A DNA stretch of 52,367 nt. Source: an uncultured Dehalococcoidaceae bacterium. GTDB lineage: Bacteria > Chloroflexota > Dehalococcoidia > Dehalococcoidales > RBG-16-60-22. The stretch's first letter is position 1. The number at the start of each line of letters is the position of its first letter. Where the stretch lies: NCBI GenBank assembly GCA_964468755.1, contig CAYXWH010000005.1, positions 1 to 52,367 of the forward strand, written 5' to 3'. A model generated the notes under the pieces. The model was not told where the DNA came from. It was given only the letters and a program-made list of their open reading frames with translations, and searched no databases. Below are positions 17,934 through 25,927 of the stretch, one piece after another. The position numbers and the translations under genes are program-made.

Positions 17934-18737
17934 CTAAAAAAAGGCAAGGTACCAGCCGAGGATATCCTTTCCCCAGAAAAGGGTAACGATAGGCCCTATT
18001 GCCAGGAAGGTGCCGTACGGTATAACATCTTTGCGCCCCTTTTTTCTCAGCAGGAGCAGGGCGATGGCGTAGACGCCCCCGATGACAATACCGATTAAAA
18101 GGGCGGTAAATACCCCGGGGAAGCCAGTGACCAGTCCAATCAGTGCCGCCAGCTTCACGTCTCCCCAGCCCATTCCCTGCGGACTGATAAGAATCGGTAT
18201 CAGAAAAAAGAAAAAGCCGATGGCACCACCGAGCAGGCTGCCGGTGAGCCCGCTCAGTCCGGCTGCCACCATGGGCCAGGGCAGCGAAATATCGATGATT
18301 CCCGGCGGCGGGTGAAAGAAGCTGATAACCAGAGCCAGCAGCGCTGCCGGGTAGGTTACCTTGTTCAGGATAAGCTGGTGTTCCCAGTCGATAAACAGGA
18401 TGGCCAGGAAAAGGCAGCTGTAAAAAGCGGTGACGACGAAGGCAGCGCCAAGCCCGTAGTGCCAGTAACTGAAAGCCACCAGGCCGGCGCTGGCTATCTC
18501 TACCCACAGTGAGCGAAGCGGGATATGGGCATGGCAGTAGCGGCAGCGGCCTCTCAGCCATATATAGCTGAGCAACGGTACCAGGTCTTTAATTGAGAGC
18601 CGGCGCTGGCAGGCATCACAGTGCGACGGCGGAGACAGCAGCGACCGGCCCGCCGGTAAGCGGTCAATACAAACGTTGAGAAAGCTGCCGATAGCCAGAC
18701 CGAGCAGAACGAAGATGATGGTCAGGGTGATTTCCAT
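17934..18737 (-). CDS. pilD: Prepilin peptidase (A24)
   Basis: GSFLNVCIDRLP, SHCDAC, CRYC, GMGWGDVKL, IPYGTFL motifs. Confidence 0.95.
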   Translation of the reverse strand: MEITLTIIFVLLGLAIGSFLNVCIDRLPAGRSLLSPPSHCDACQRRLSIKDLVPLLSYIWLRGRCRYCHAHIPLRSLWVEIASAGLVAFSYWHYGLGAAFVVTAFYSCLFLAILFIDWEHQLILNKVTYPAALLALVISFFHPPPGIIDISLPWPMVAAGLSGLTGSLLGGAIGFFFFLIPILISPQGMGWGDVKLAALIGLVTGFPGVFTALLIGIVIGGVYAIALLLLRKKGRKDVIPYGTFLAIGPIVTLFWGKDILGWYLAFF

Positions 18738-18745
18738 TTGACTCT

Positions 18746-18774
18746 ATTTTGCCTGCTTTGCCGGGTCTAGTCAA
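18746..18774 (-). promoter_or_regulatory. Promoter of pilD
   Basis: TTGACT-N17-CAAAAT. Confidence 0.5.
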
Positions 18775-18920
18775 CCAGAGAAACCTGTAGATTGGCACCT
18801 GGTTTGCCTGTACTTTGCTGCCATCATTACATGTAGCGCCGTGCTTTTCAAGGCAGGTGATGTCTCTTCACCGCTTCATACATGACTATATTACTATCAT
18901 GAACCAGTACCAATACCTCA

Positions 18921-18948
18921 TTGAAATAGAATCGGAGTATGTTAATCT
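18921..18948 (+). promoter_or_regulatory. Promoter of the major pilin
   Basis: TTGAAA-N16-TAATCT with an extended TG; AAGGAGG Shine-Dalgarno. Confidence 0.5.
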
Positions 18949-18996
18949 TAGAATTAGTCAAATAATTTATAATTCATCGCGATAAGGAGGCAACTG

Positions 18997-19425
18997 GTGA
19001 GAAAATTATTTAAGAAGTTTCGCTATGGCGAAAAGGGGTTCACCCTGATTGAGCTGCTGGTGGTGGTAGCCATTCTGGGTGTACTGGCGGCGGTAGTGGT
19101 CCCTAATGTAGGGAAATTCATGGGCAGAGGTAAAAATGAAGCCGGTCTGACGGAACTCCACAACGTCGGGACTGCCATGATGGCAATGATGGCGGATACG
19201 GGGACAGCTAATATTACGGCGGTTGCCGCTACCGATCCTGCCAATGACATGAGCGCTTTCCCCGATGGCACTAGTCCGCTCTACGGAGCTTCCGGCTCGC
19301 GTTACCTGATGAAACAAACAACCAAATACTGGTATAGCTGTGAAGGCGACGGTACAGTACGTGGCTGGTGGACAGCAGACGGGTCTACCAGTGGTGGAGA
19401 GATAGGCGTAGATGACGCGCCTTAG
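18997..19425 (+). CDS. pilA: Type IV pilin, probable major pilin
   Basis: Class III signal KG|FTLIELLVVVAILGVLAAVVVP; monocistronic with a strong Shine-Dalgarno and terminator. Confidence 0.85.
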   Translation: MRKLFKKFRYGEKGFTLIELLVVVAILGVLAAVVVPNVGKFMGRGKNEAGLTELHNVGTAMMAMMADTGTANITAVAATDPANDMSAFPDGTSPLYGASGSRYLMKQTTKYWYSCEGDGTVRGWWTADGSTSGGEIGVDDAP

Positions 19426-19473
19426 TGTTTATTACCTGAGCCATAGCTAAGTTAGAAAATAAAGTAAATAAGG

Positions 19474-19508
19474 GAGCCTGCCGGTTCTGTCGGCAGGCTC
19501 TTTTTTTT
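19474..19508 (+). terminator. Intrinsic terminator of the pilin gene
   Basis: GAGCCTGCCG-N7-CGGCAGGCTC followed by T8. Confidence 0.9.
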
Positions 19509-19561
19509 ATCCACAACCCTGCGTTTTCAGTGACAGTCTACAAGCGGATATTTTGCAGGGT

Positions 19562-20647
19562 TTACCGGGTTACCGTTGTGGAGAAGGTATCGCTCTCGCC
19601 GATGAGCTTGGTTACTTCCTCCCGCTCGTTGCAGAAGGAAAACAGGCTGTCCCGGTCGATGTCACTATTCCGGTACAGGTCCACCAGTGCTTTGTCGAGC
19701 AGTTGCATTCCGAGATGAGCGTTCATGCGGATGGTGTTGGGTAGCTGGTAAATCTTTCCGTCCCTGATGAGGTTTCTCACCGCCGAGTTAGCCAGCATAA
19801 CCTCGACAGCGGCTACCCGTCCCGAGCCATCGGCTTTGGGGACAAGTGCCTGGCAGAGCACGCCGACGATGAGTGAGGCGAGCTGGGTCTGGGCGAGATG
19901 GCGCTCGTAAGGCGGGAACAGGTCAATGATTCGGTCGATTGCCTGCGAGGCGCTGGGGGCATGGCCGGTGGTTAATACCAGATGCCCCGTCTCGGCTACC
20001 GTGAGCGCCGCCGCCGCCGTTTCCAGGTCTCTCATTTCGCCAACCAGAATCACGTCCGGGTCCTGTCTCAATACGTGCTTCAGTGCCTCGGCAAAGGAGA
20101 GGGTGTCACTACCGAGTTCCCGCTGCGTTACCATGCAGTTCTGGTTAAGGTGAACATATTCGATGGGGTCTTCAATGGTGACTATACGGCGGCTCTCCGT
20201 ATTGTTCAGGTGGCGTATCATGGCGGCCAGGGTAGTGGATTTGCCGCTGCCGGTAGGGCCGCTGACCACCACCAGTCCGCGGCGCTTGAGCACCAGCTCC
20301 CGGCAGATTTCGGGTAACCCCAGTTCTCCGATGGTGGGGATGACCGACGGCAGCAGGCGGATGACCAGGCTGACTGTCCCGCGCTGTCGGGCGGCGTTAC
20401 AACGGACCCGGCCGACATCGGGGATATCCTCGCCAAAGTCCAGCTCCAGGTTCTGCTGGTATGTTACCCTTTGTTCTTCGGAAGCCAGCTGCCGGAAAGC
20501 CTGCTCGGCTTCATCGCTGGTTAGCGTCGGCAAATCGGCCGGCTGTAACAGACCATGGACCCGGAACTGTGGCGGAGTGCCGGCTACCAGGTGCAAATCG
20601 GAAGCGCCTGCCTCCTTGGCTGCTCGCAGTAATGAGAAAATATCCAC
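19562..20647 (-). CDS. pilT: Type IV pilus retraction ATPase
   Basis: GPTGSGKST, ITIEDPIE, ILVGEMRD, AVRNLIRD (AIRNLIRE motif). Confidence 0.92.
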   Translation of the reverse strand: MDIFSLLRAAKEAGASDLHLVAGTPPQFRVHGLLQPADLPTLTSDEAEQAFRQLASEEQRVTYQQNLELDFGEDIPDVGRVRCNAARQRGTVSLVIRLLPSVIPTIGELGLPEICRELVLKRRGLVVVSGPTGSGKSTTLAAMIRHLNNTESRRIVTIEDPIEYVHLNQNCMVTQRELGSDTLSFAEALKHVLRQDPDVILVGEMRDLETAAAALTVAETGHLVLTTGHAPSASQAIDRIIDLFPPYERHLAQTQLASLIVGVLCQALVPKADGSGRVAAVEVMLANSAVRNLIRDGKIYQLPNTIRMNAHLGMQLLDKALVDLYRNSDIDRDSLFSFCNEREEVTKLIGESDTFSTTVTR

Positions 20648-22263
20648 TATTCATTTCCCCCGGCTTTCAGTATAATATTAAAGACCATATCTTCGTTTAC
20701 ATCCTCTATGTACTCTTCCCCGGCGTCTTCCTCGCCGCCGCCTTCCCCGCCGGTGGTTTCTCCTTCTTCACCGGTAGCTTCTCCTTCCTCGCCAGTGGTT
20801 TCCTCGCCCTCAGCGGACCCTTCTTCACCGAAACCTTGCTCGCTTTCTGCCTGACCAACACCAACCCTTCTGATACTGGCGATGGTGACTTCGGTGAATC
20901 TGCCGCACTTGTCGAGTTTTCTGGCAAATGAGAGGACTTCCTGTTCGCTCAGCGCCTGCCCCGATAAATTTATTTGAGTACTGCTGTGAGCAATGTGGCT
21001 CAGCTGGATACCGGCGAACAGGTTGTCAGTGACCGCCTGTAAATCGCCATTAATGGTGCTGCCGCCATTTTCTATTTCAGCCAGTGCCGACGTAAAGCTA
21101 TCCCGCGATGCTGTGGCGGTGGCAACTTTTTGTTCCAGTTGGTTAATTTCCTGCTGCAATTCCTGTTTCCGGAGCAGTTTCTGCTCCAGTATATAGTTGG
21201 TGTTGTCGAGCTGGCCATTCATGGCGCTAATACTCGCGGAGGTCGCCTGGATAGCCATTATCCCGCCGGCGATTAAGCCAATGATTACCACGGCACTGGG
21301 CACGGCAATGATGCGCGACACGGAAATCGGTTTGGCGCGGTAGGGGGCAGGTAGCGCATTGAGATTGGCGACAGACGGCCCCGCTTCTTTGTCCAGTTCT
21401 TTGAGGGTGAGCCCGACATTCACCATATAATTGGTGAGGTCCAGCTTTTTGGGGTTTTTCAGTGGTGATGCGAGTACTGACAGCGGATAGCCCAGTTCAT
21501 CAGCCAGGGACTTGCCCAGGTCAGGCTTTTCCGCCAGCTCTCCGGTGACGAATATCGGTGTCTCATCGTCAAGAGGGTTTTCCGGATTGTTTGAGTTATA
21601 GAATTCGATGGTCCGCCGCACATCATCCCGCACCATGGCGAGCTTTTCCTCTGATGAGAGGACTTCGCTGGGAAAGGGGATAGTGCGTACCGGCTGGGGA
21701 GTCCCGTTCGCCATGATGATGATGTCGGCTTCAATCGACTGCATATCGACGATGATTGCCGTCTCTTCCTTAACTACCCTGGCGAGGGCAAGTGGTTTAA
21801 TATCCATCAGATAGGGCTTCAACCCCACCTGCCGGGTTATCTTGATCAGGTTATCGGCGCTACGACGGGGTATGGCAACCAGGAATACCTGTATTTTCCC
21901 TTCCGGCGCCGGTCTCGCCTGCCAGGAAAGGTATAGTTGATCGGGAGGTACCGGCAGCACTCGTTTTGCTTCCCGGGTCACCGCTTCCTCGAGCATTGCC
22001 CGGGGTAACTGGGGCAGAGTGACCGGGCGGGACAAACAGTTACGGCCGCTTATGCCCAGGACAACCTTTTTTGCCCTCACCTTGTTGGCTTTGAGCAGAT
22101 GTTTTATCTTGGTAGTAATTTCCGCCTCTTTGATGTCTTCCTTAAGCTCGGCGGAGCCGAGCTGGAGCTGCGCGCTGGCTAGCTTGTTGAGGCGTTTGCC
22201 CCGGCTCACCATCAGCCGGATGCTGGAGTCATCGATATAAAGGGTAACAATCTTCCTGGCCAA
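20647..22263 (-). CDS. pilM: PilM-PilN fusion protein (actin-like domain, TM, coiled coil, PilN-like domain)
   Basis: PilM-like N-terminal ~300 aa; NLNALP resembling the PilN INLLP motif; one TM; LSGQALSEQEVLSFARKL PilN-like fold. Confidence 0.75.
   Translation of the reverse strand: MARKIVTLYIDDSSIRLMVSRGKRLNKLASAQLQLGSAELKEDIKEAEITTKIKHLLKANKVRAKKVVLGISGRNCLSRPVTLPQLPRAMLEEAVTREAKRVLPVPPDQLYLSWQARPAPEGKIQVFLVAIPRRSADNLIKITRQVGLKPYLMDIKPLALARVVKEETAIIVDMQSIEADIIIMANGTPQPVRTIPFPSEVLSSEEKLAMVRDDVRRTIEFYNSNNPENPLDDETPIFVTGELAEKPDLGKSLADELGYPLSVLASPLKNPKKLDLTNYMVNVGLTLKELDKEAGPSVANLNALPAPYRAKPISVSRIIAVPSAVVIIGLIAGGIMAIQATSASISAMNGQLDNTNYILEQKLLRKQELQQEINQLEQKVATATASRDSFTSALAEIENGGSTINGDLQAVTDNLFAGIQLSHIAHSSTQINLSGQALSEQEVLSFARKLDKCGRFTEVTIASIRRVGVGQAESEQGFGEEGSAEGEETTGEEGEATGEEGETTGGEGGGEEDAGEEYIEDVNEDMVFNIILKAGGNE
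20750..20812. repeat. Three imperfect 21-bp tandem repeats encoding TGEEGE(A/T)-type units
   Basis: ccggtggtttctccttcttca / ccggtagcttctccttcctcg / ccagtggtttcctcgccctca. Confidence 0.8.
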
Positions 22264-22265
22264 GG

Positions 22266-22832
22266 TCAGTCTCCTTGATTATGGTTATAGACAACGAACT
22301 GGAGGTGGGTTGTCGCCCAAACTTCGTTTTCATCGGTAGTTTCGGGAATATTCATATCGGCGGATTTAACCACACCGGTGGTAAAGTCAGTATTCAGCTT
22401 GATAATGAATTCAATCAAATCGTCCACTTTCCCTTCGGCTCTGGCATTAAAGGATAATGCCACGCAGTTAACACCGGCCATTTCTTCCGGTGAGATGCCT
22501 GATGTGGACAGGACCATCAGTTTCACATTACAGGACTTGGCAATCTCAAATAGAATGTCGGTTTCCTCGATGCTATCGATGGGAAAACACAGGTCATCCC
22601 GGGCAGTTTCCAGTTCGGCTTGAATCTGCTCAGCCTGCTCGTCCAGCGCTGCTTTTCGGGACGAGAGGTCTTTGAGTTCAAAATTGCTTAACCTTTGTTC
22701 GGCAATGGCTATATCCGCATTGAGCTGGTCCTGCGCCTCAATTTGCTTGGCGTAGGTAAAACCAAGGCTGGCGACAGCTACAATGAAAATGCCGGTGATG
22801 AGAACGAGATAGCCTGTTTTGCTTAGCTTCAA
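22266..22832 (-). CDS. PilO-like pilus alignment protein
   Basis: N-terminal TM, coiled coil, ferredoxin-like C-terminus (FNARAEGKVDDLIEFI); position next to pilMN. Confidence 0.65.
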   Translation of the reverse strand: MKLSKTGYLVLITGIFIVAVASLGFTYAKQIEAQDQLNADIAIAEQRLSNFELKDLSSRKAALDEQAEQIQAELETARDDLCFPIDSIEETDILFEIAKSCNVKLMVLSTSGISPEEMAGVNCVALSFNARAEGKVDDLIEFIIKLNTDFTTGVVKSADMNIPETTDENEVWATTHLQFVVYNHNQGD

Positions 22833-22854
22833 TTTATGCTCCTAACCGGCGGCA

Positions 22855-23697
22855 TTAGTTCACTACTCGCCAGGAAATAATAGTTGGCACTGAGTCAATC
22901 ATTATAATATCGGCAACTATGGTGGCGGTGGTCTCACTGTCTTTGCTGGCGGTAGCCGTAATGACGTAGAGTTCACCGGTCATTTCGCCCACCTCGCCAA
23001 TGTCAGTCCGGTTAGCCACCACCCAGGAATAATCACCCTCCAGTTCTCCGTCTCCGGTGATGTAGAAACTCTGGGTCTCTATCGGATCATTCTTGGAAAC
23101 ATCGGGATAGGGTTCCGGGAATTCCCATTTGTACATATAAGCTCCCGCCGAGTCCTGGTGTTCTGCCGGCTCGGCGGCTGACAGGTTATCGGGAAAACTG
23201 GCCGCTGAATCTGGCTTGTACTGGTAGCCGGGCGGCAGCCTGGCTCCGACCTCGGTTATGTGTATGACCGTCGTTTCTCCCTGCCAGGTAACCGTGATGG
23301 TGTATTTCCAGGCTTCGGCACCTCCGTCCCATACGATATCCCCGCTTACCCCGAGATGCTGATTGTGGCTGCCAGCCTGTACCAGTTCGCCAAAATAGAC
23401 GGTGAAAACCCCTTTATCGTCGGTCTGTATATCCACCTGCATCCGGTTAACGTTATCCGACAGTTGTGCCGGTGGTGAGGTGCTCTCTGACAGGCACCAG
23501 AGGGTGTTTTCTATCCCCGCCTCCGCCGCATATATTCCATTTATGCCTTTATCGACGACACGGGTGTGGTTGAGGGTGGTTGCCGCGTAGTTCAGCGTGG
23601 GGACGATGGTCAGCCCACCGAGCATCAGGAGCGCTAGGACGATGGGCAGGGCCTGACCTCGTTCACTGGCAATGGCTCGCTTTAAAAATCTTATCAT
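22855..23697 (-). CDS. PilX/GspK-like minor pilin
   Basis: RG|QALPIVL lacking Glu5; YAAEAGIE motif. Confidence 0.75.
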   Translation of the reverse strand: MIRFLKRAIASERGQALPIVLALLMLGGLTIVPTLNYAATTLNHTRVVDKGINGIYAAEAGIENTLWCLSESTSPPAQLSDNVNRMQVDIQTDDKGVFTVYFGELVQAGSHNQHLGVSGDIVWDGGAEAWKYTITVTWQGETTVIHITEVGARLPPGYQYKPDSAASFPDNLSAAEPAEHQDSAGAYMYKWEFPEPYPDVSKNDPIETQSFYITGDGELEGDYSWVVANRTDIGEVGEMTGELYVITATASKDSETTATIVADIIMIDSVPTIISWRVVN

Positions 23698-23709
23698 TGT
23701 TGTCCCCGG

Positions 23710-24243
23710 TCAGTTAAAATTGTTGCGGCGGCTAATCTGGTACTCCCTGGTCTCACCGGCATCTTCGTAGGTTGTTGCTATCTTTACCGTGAAAATCTCA
23801 TTCTGATAGCTGACATTGCTGGTATTTGCGGGGTCAACCGGGTCATAGCCGATGTAATCGGCAATTCTGGTATCGGCATTCAACCCGTCGCTGCTCCAGT
23901 GGTTCCGCATGAGGGTTCCCACATGGTCCGACAGCCCGGTGAAATAGTACGTCACCGAGTGGTACACGTCATCACTTTCATAGTCCCGTTCTGTCCAGGA
24001 TAGAATCATAAAATCATCAGCCGACAGGTTATCGGTGACCACGATCTCCGCCATGCGGGCATCGCGGCTGATCCAGTAGCCGGCGTTCTGCACCTGGCGG
24101 ATAACCGTCATCTCGTTGTTATTGCGCTCGTTACAGTTAAAAATCTGGAAAGTGGTGGTCATGGCGGCACTACCTATGAGCGCGATAATCACTGAAGCCA
24201 CTATCAGTTCGAGCGCAGTGAAACCTTTTTGCCCTTTCCTCAT
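23710..24243 (-). CDS. Minor pilin (PilW/GspJ-like)
   Basis: KG|FTALELIVASVIIALIG. Confidence 0.8.
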   Translation of the reverse strand: MRKGQKGFTALELIVASVIIALIGSAAMTTTFQIFNCNERNNNEMTVIRQVQNAGYWISRDARMAEIVVTDNLSADDFMILSWTERDYESDDVYHSVTYYFTGLSDHVGTLMRNHWSSDGLNADTRIADYIGYDPVDPANTSNVSYQNEIFTVKIATTYEDAGETREYQISRRNNFN

Positions 24244-24668
24244 CTGTCCACCTTGTAGCTCTCCAGTTCGAGAACTTCCTTGCTGTTACGAGTAACGGTG
24301 ACGGTTATCTTCTGAATACCGTCATCGGTTGCGTGTACCGGTTCAGCGGTGATACTGGCCGAATAACCGGTATAGTCTACGTCATCGGGGACCGGTGCCG
24401 GGGCGTATCCCGTGGCATTCTCAGAATAAGCAAGCTGCTTGGCCCACTCCATTTGGGCAAGAGCCAGACTTTCCGCGGTATTCTGTTCATTGGCGACCAC
24501 GGTGGCTTTGGCGCTGGTCGATAAGCCGCTGAGAAAGGCAACCGCGATTGCGCCCAGCAGGGCCAGCGCGACCAGTGTTTCCAGAAGAGCCACCCCTGAC
24601 TGGTTGCCGGGGAGACTCCCTAGTCTTTTCAGTAGTTGATATGGGACTATCATGGTTCTCCGGAACAT
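24240..24668 (-). CDS. Minor pilin (PilV/GspI-like)
   Basis: SG|VALLETLVALALLGAIAV. Confidence 0.78.
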   Translation of the reverse strand: MFRRTMIVPYQLLKRLGSLPGNQSGVALLETLVALALLGAIAVAFLSGLSTSAKATVVANEQNTAESLALAQMEWAKQLAYSENATGYAPAPVPDDVDYTGYSASITAEPVHATDDGIQKITVTVTRNSKEVLELESYKVDR

Positions 24669-24694
24669 AAGCCGGCCTGGCCTCCCTCTTTATA

Positions 24695-25903
24695 CTAGAA
24701 TGCCTGCCCGTACATGGAGTACATGGCGCTTACCAGCGACAGTGCCATCAACCCCACCACGATGGCGATAACCAGGGTCATCGCCGGTTGAATGAGATTG
24801 ATGAGCGAGCGGGTGCTATCCTCAGCCTCGGCTTCATAGCTCTGGGCTACCGCGTTCAGCGAGGTGTCAAGGTTGCCGGTTTCCTCCCCGACCTTGACCA
24901 TTTGCACCATCATTGGCAGGAAAAGGCTGTTCTTGGTCATCGGCTGGGATAAACCTTCACCTTTCAGCATATCCTGCTGCACATCGGTGAGAGCCTGGGT
25001 AAGCACTCTATTACTGCCGCTCTGGATGACCAGGGGCATGATTTCCGTCAGTGGCAGACCGGCGCGAAAGAGCAGAGCGATATTGCGACAGTAGCGCGAT
25101 AGCTCATTGAGCAGGTTTACCCGTCCCATCAGGGGCAGGCTGATGAGCATTTTATGCCACTTATATTTCCCTTCCGGCGTTTTAATATAGGCAACGGCTA
25201 CGCCGGTTACAAAGAGTAGTCCGAGCACAATGTAAAGGATGTTGCTCCGCAGCATGTTCGCCATGTCAATAACTATCCTGGTCATTGCCGGTAGTTCGGC
25301 GCCGAGCGACTCATACAGACTGCTGAAAGCGGGCAGGACAAAGACAACCAGTACGCCGATAACAATAATGGCGACTACGGCGGTGATTACCGGGTACATC
25401 AGGGCGCTTTTAATCTTCTTATTGGCGACGACTTCCTTCTCGATGTAGTCGGCTATCTGCCTCAGCATCGTCTCCAGGCTGCCCGTCTGCTCACCGACAC
25501 TCAATGACCGGCAGTAAATTGCCGGAAAGACCTCAGGGTGCTTGCCCAGCGCCGTGGATAACTGACTGCCGTTCCTCAGGTCGGCGATGACCTCGTCGAG
25601 TACCTTCTTCAGAACGCGGTTGGACATCTGGCTCTGGAGCAGCTCCAGAGCAGCAACAATATTCACCCCGGAGTCCAGGAGGAGGGCGAGCTGGCGATAG
25701 AAGAGTACTATATCGTTTGGTTTTATTTTAAAGAACTGCAATGCCAGCCGGTCTGAGCTGAGAAAGGGTGTGTAGGACTTCAGGTTAATCAACCGGTAAC
25801 CGGCATAGCTCAGCAAATCAGCAGCAGCTTCCTCGCCGGATGCGGAGAGCTTCCCTTTGACTATTTCACCCCGTTCATTGTAGGCTACATATTGGTATAC
25901 CAT
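24695..25903 (-). CDS. pilC: Type IV pilus platform protein (GspF family)
   Basis: FYRQLALLLDSG, GEQTGSLETML, ALMYP, GEETGNLD, IQP motifs. Confidence 0.95.
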   Translation of the reverse strand: MVYQYVAYNERGEIVKGKLSASGEEAAADLLSYAGYRLINLKSYTPFLSSDRLALQFFKIKPNDIVLFYRQLALLLDSGVNIVAALELLQSQMSNRVLKKVLDEVIADLRNGSQLSTALGKHPEVFPAIYCRSLSVGEQTGSLETMLRQIADYIEKEVVANKKIKSALMYPVITAVVAIIVIGVLVVFVLPAFSSLYESLGAELPAMTRIVIDMANMLRSNILYIVLGLLFVTGVAVAYIKTPEGKYKWHKMLISLPLMGRVNLLNELSRYCRNIALLFRAGLPLTEIMPLVIQSGSNRVLTQALTDVQQDMLKGEGLSQPMTKNSLFLPMMVQMVKVGEETGNLDTSLNAVAQSYEAEAEDSTRSLINLIQPAMTLVIAIVVGLMALSLVSAMYSMYGQAF

Positions 25904-25927
25904 TACCTCTCCCCTGGAAGCTGCAAA

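Noticed and set aside
18997-19425. Electrically conductive (e-) pilin
   Set aside because: Aromatics are 11/128 including His (8.6%), with a 32-residue aromatic-free gap and none at positions 24 or 50/51, below the usual e-pilin criteria
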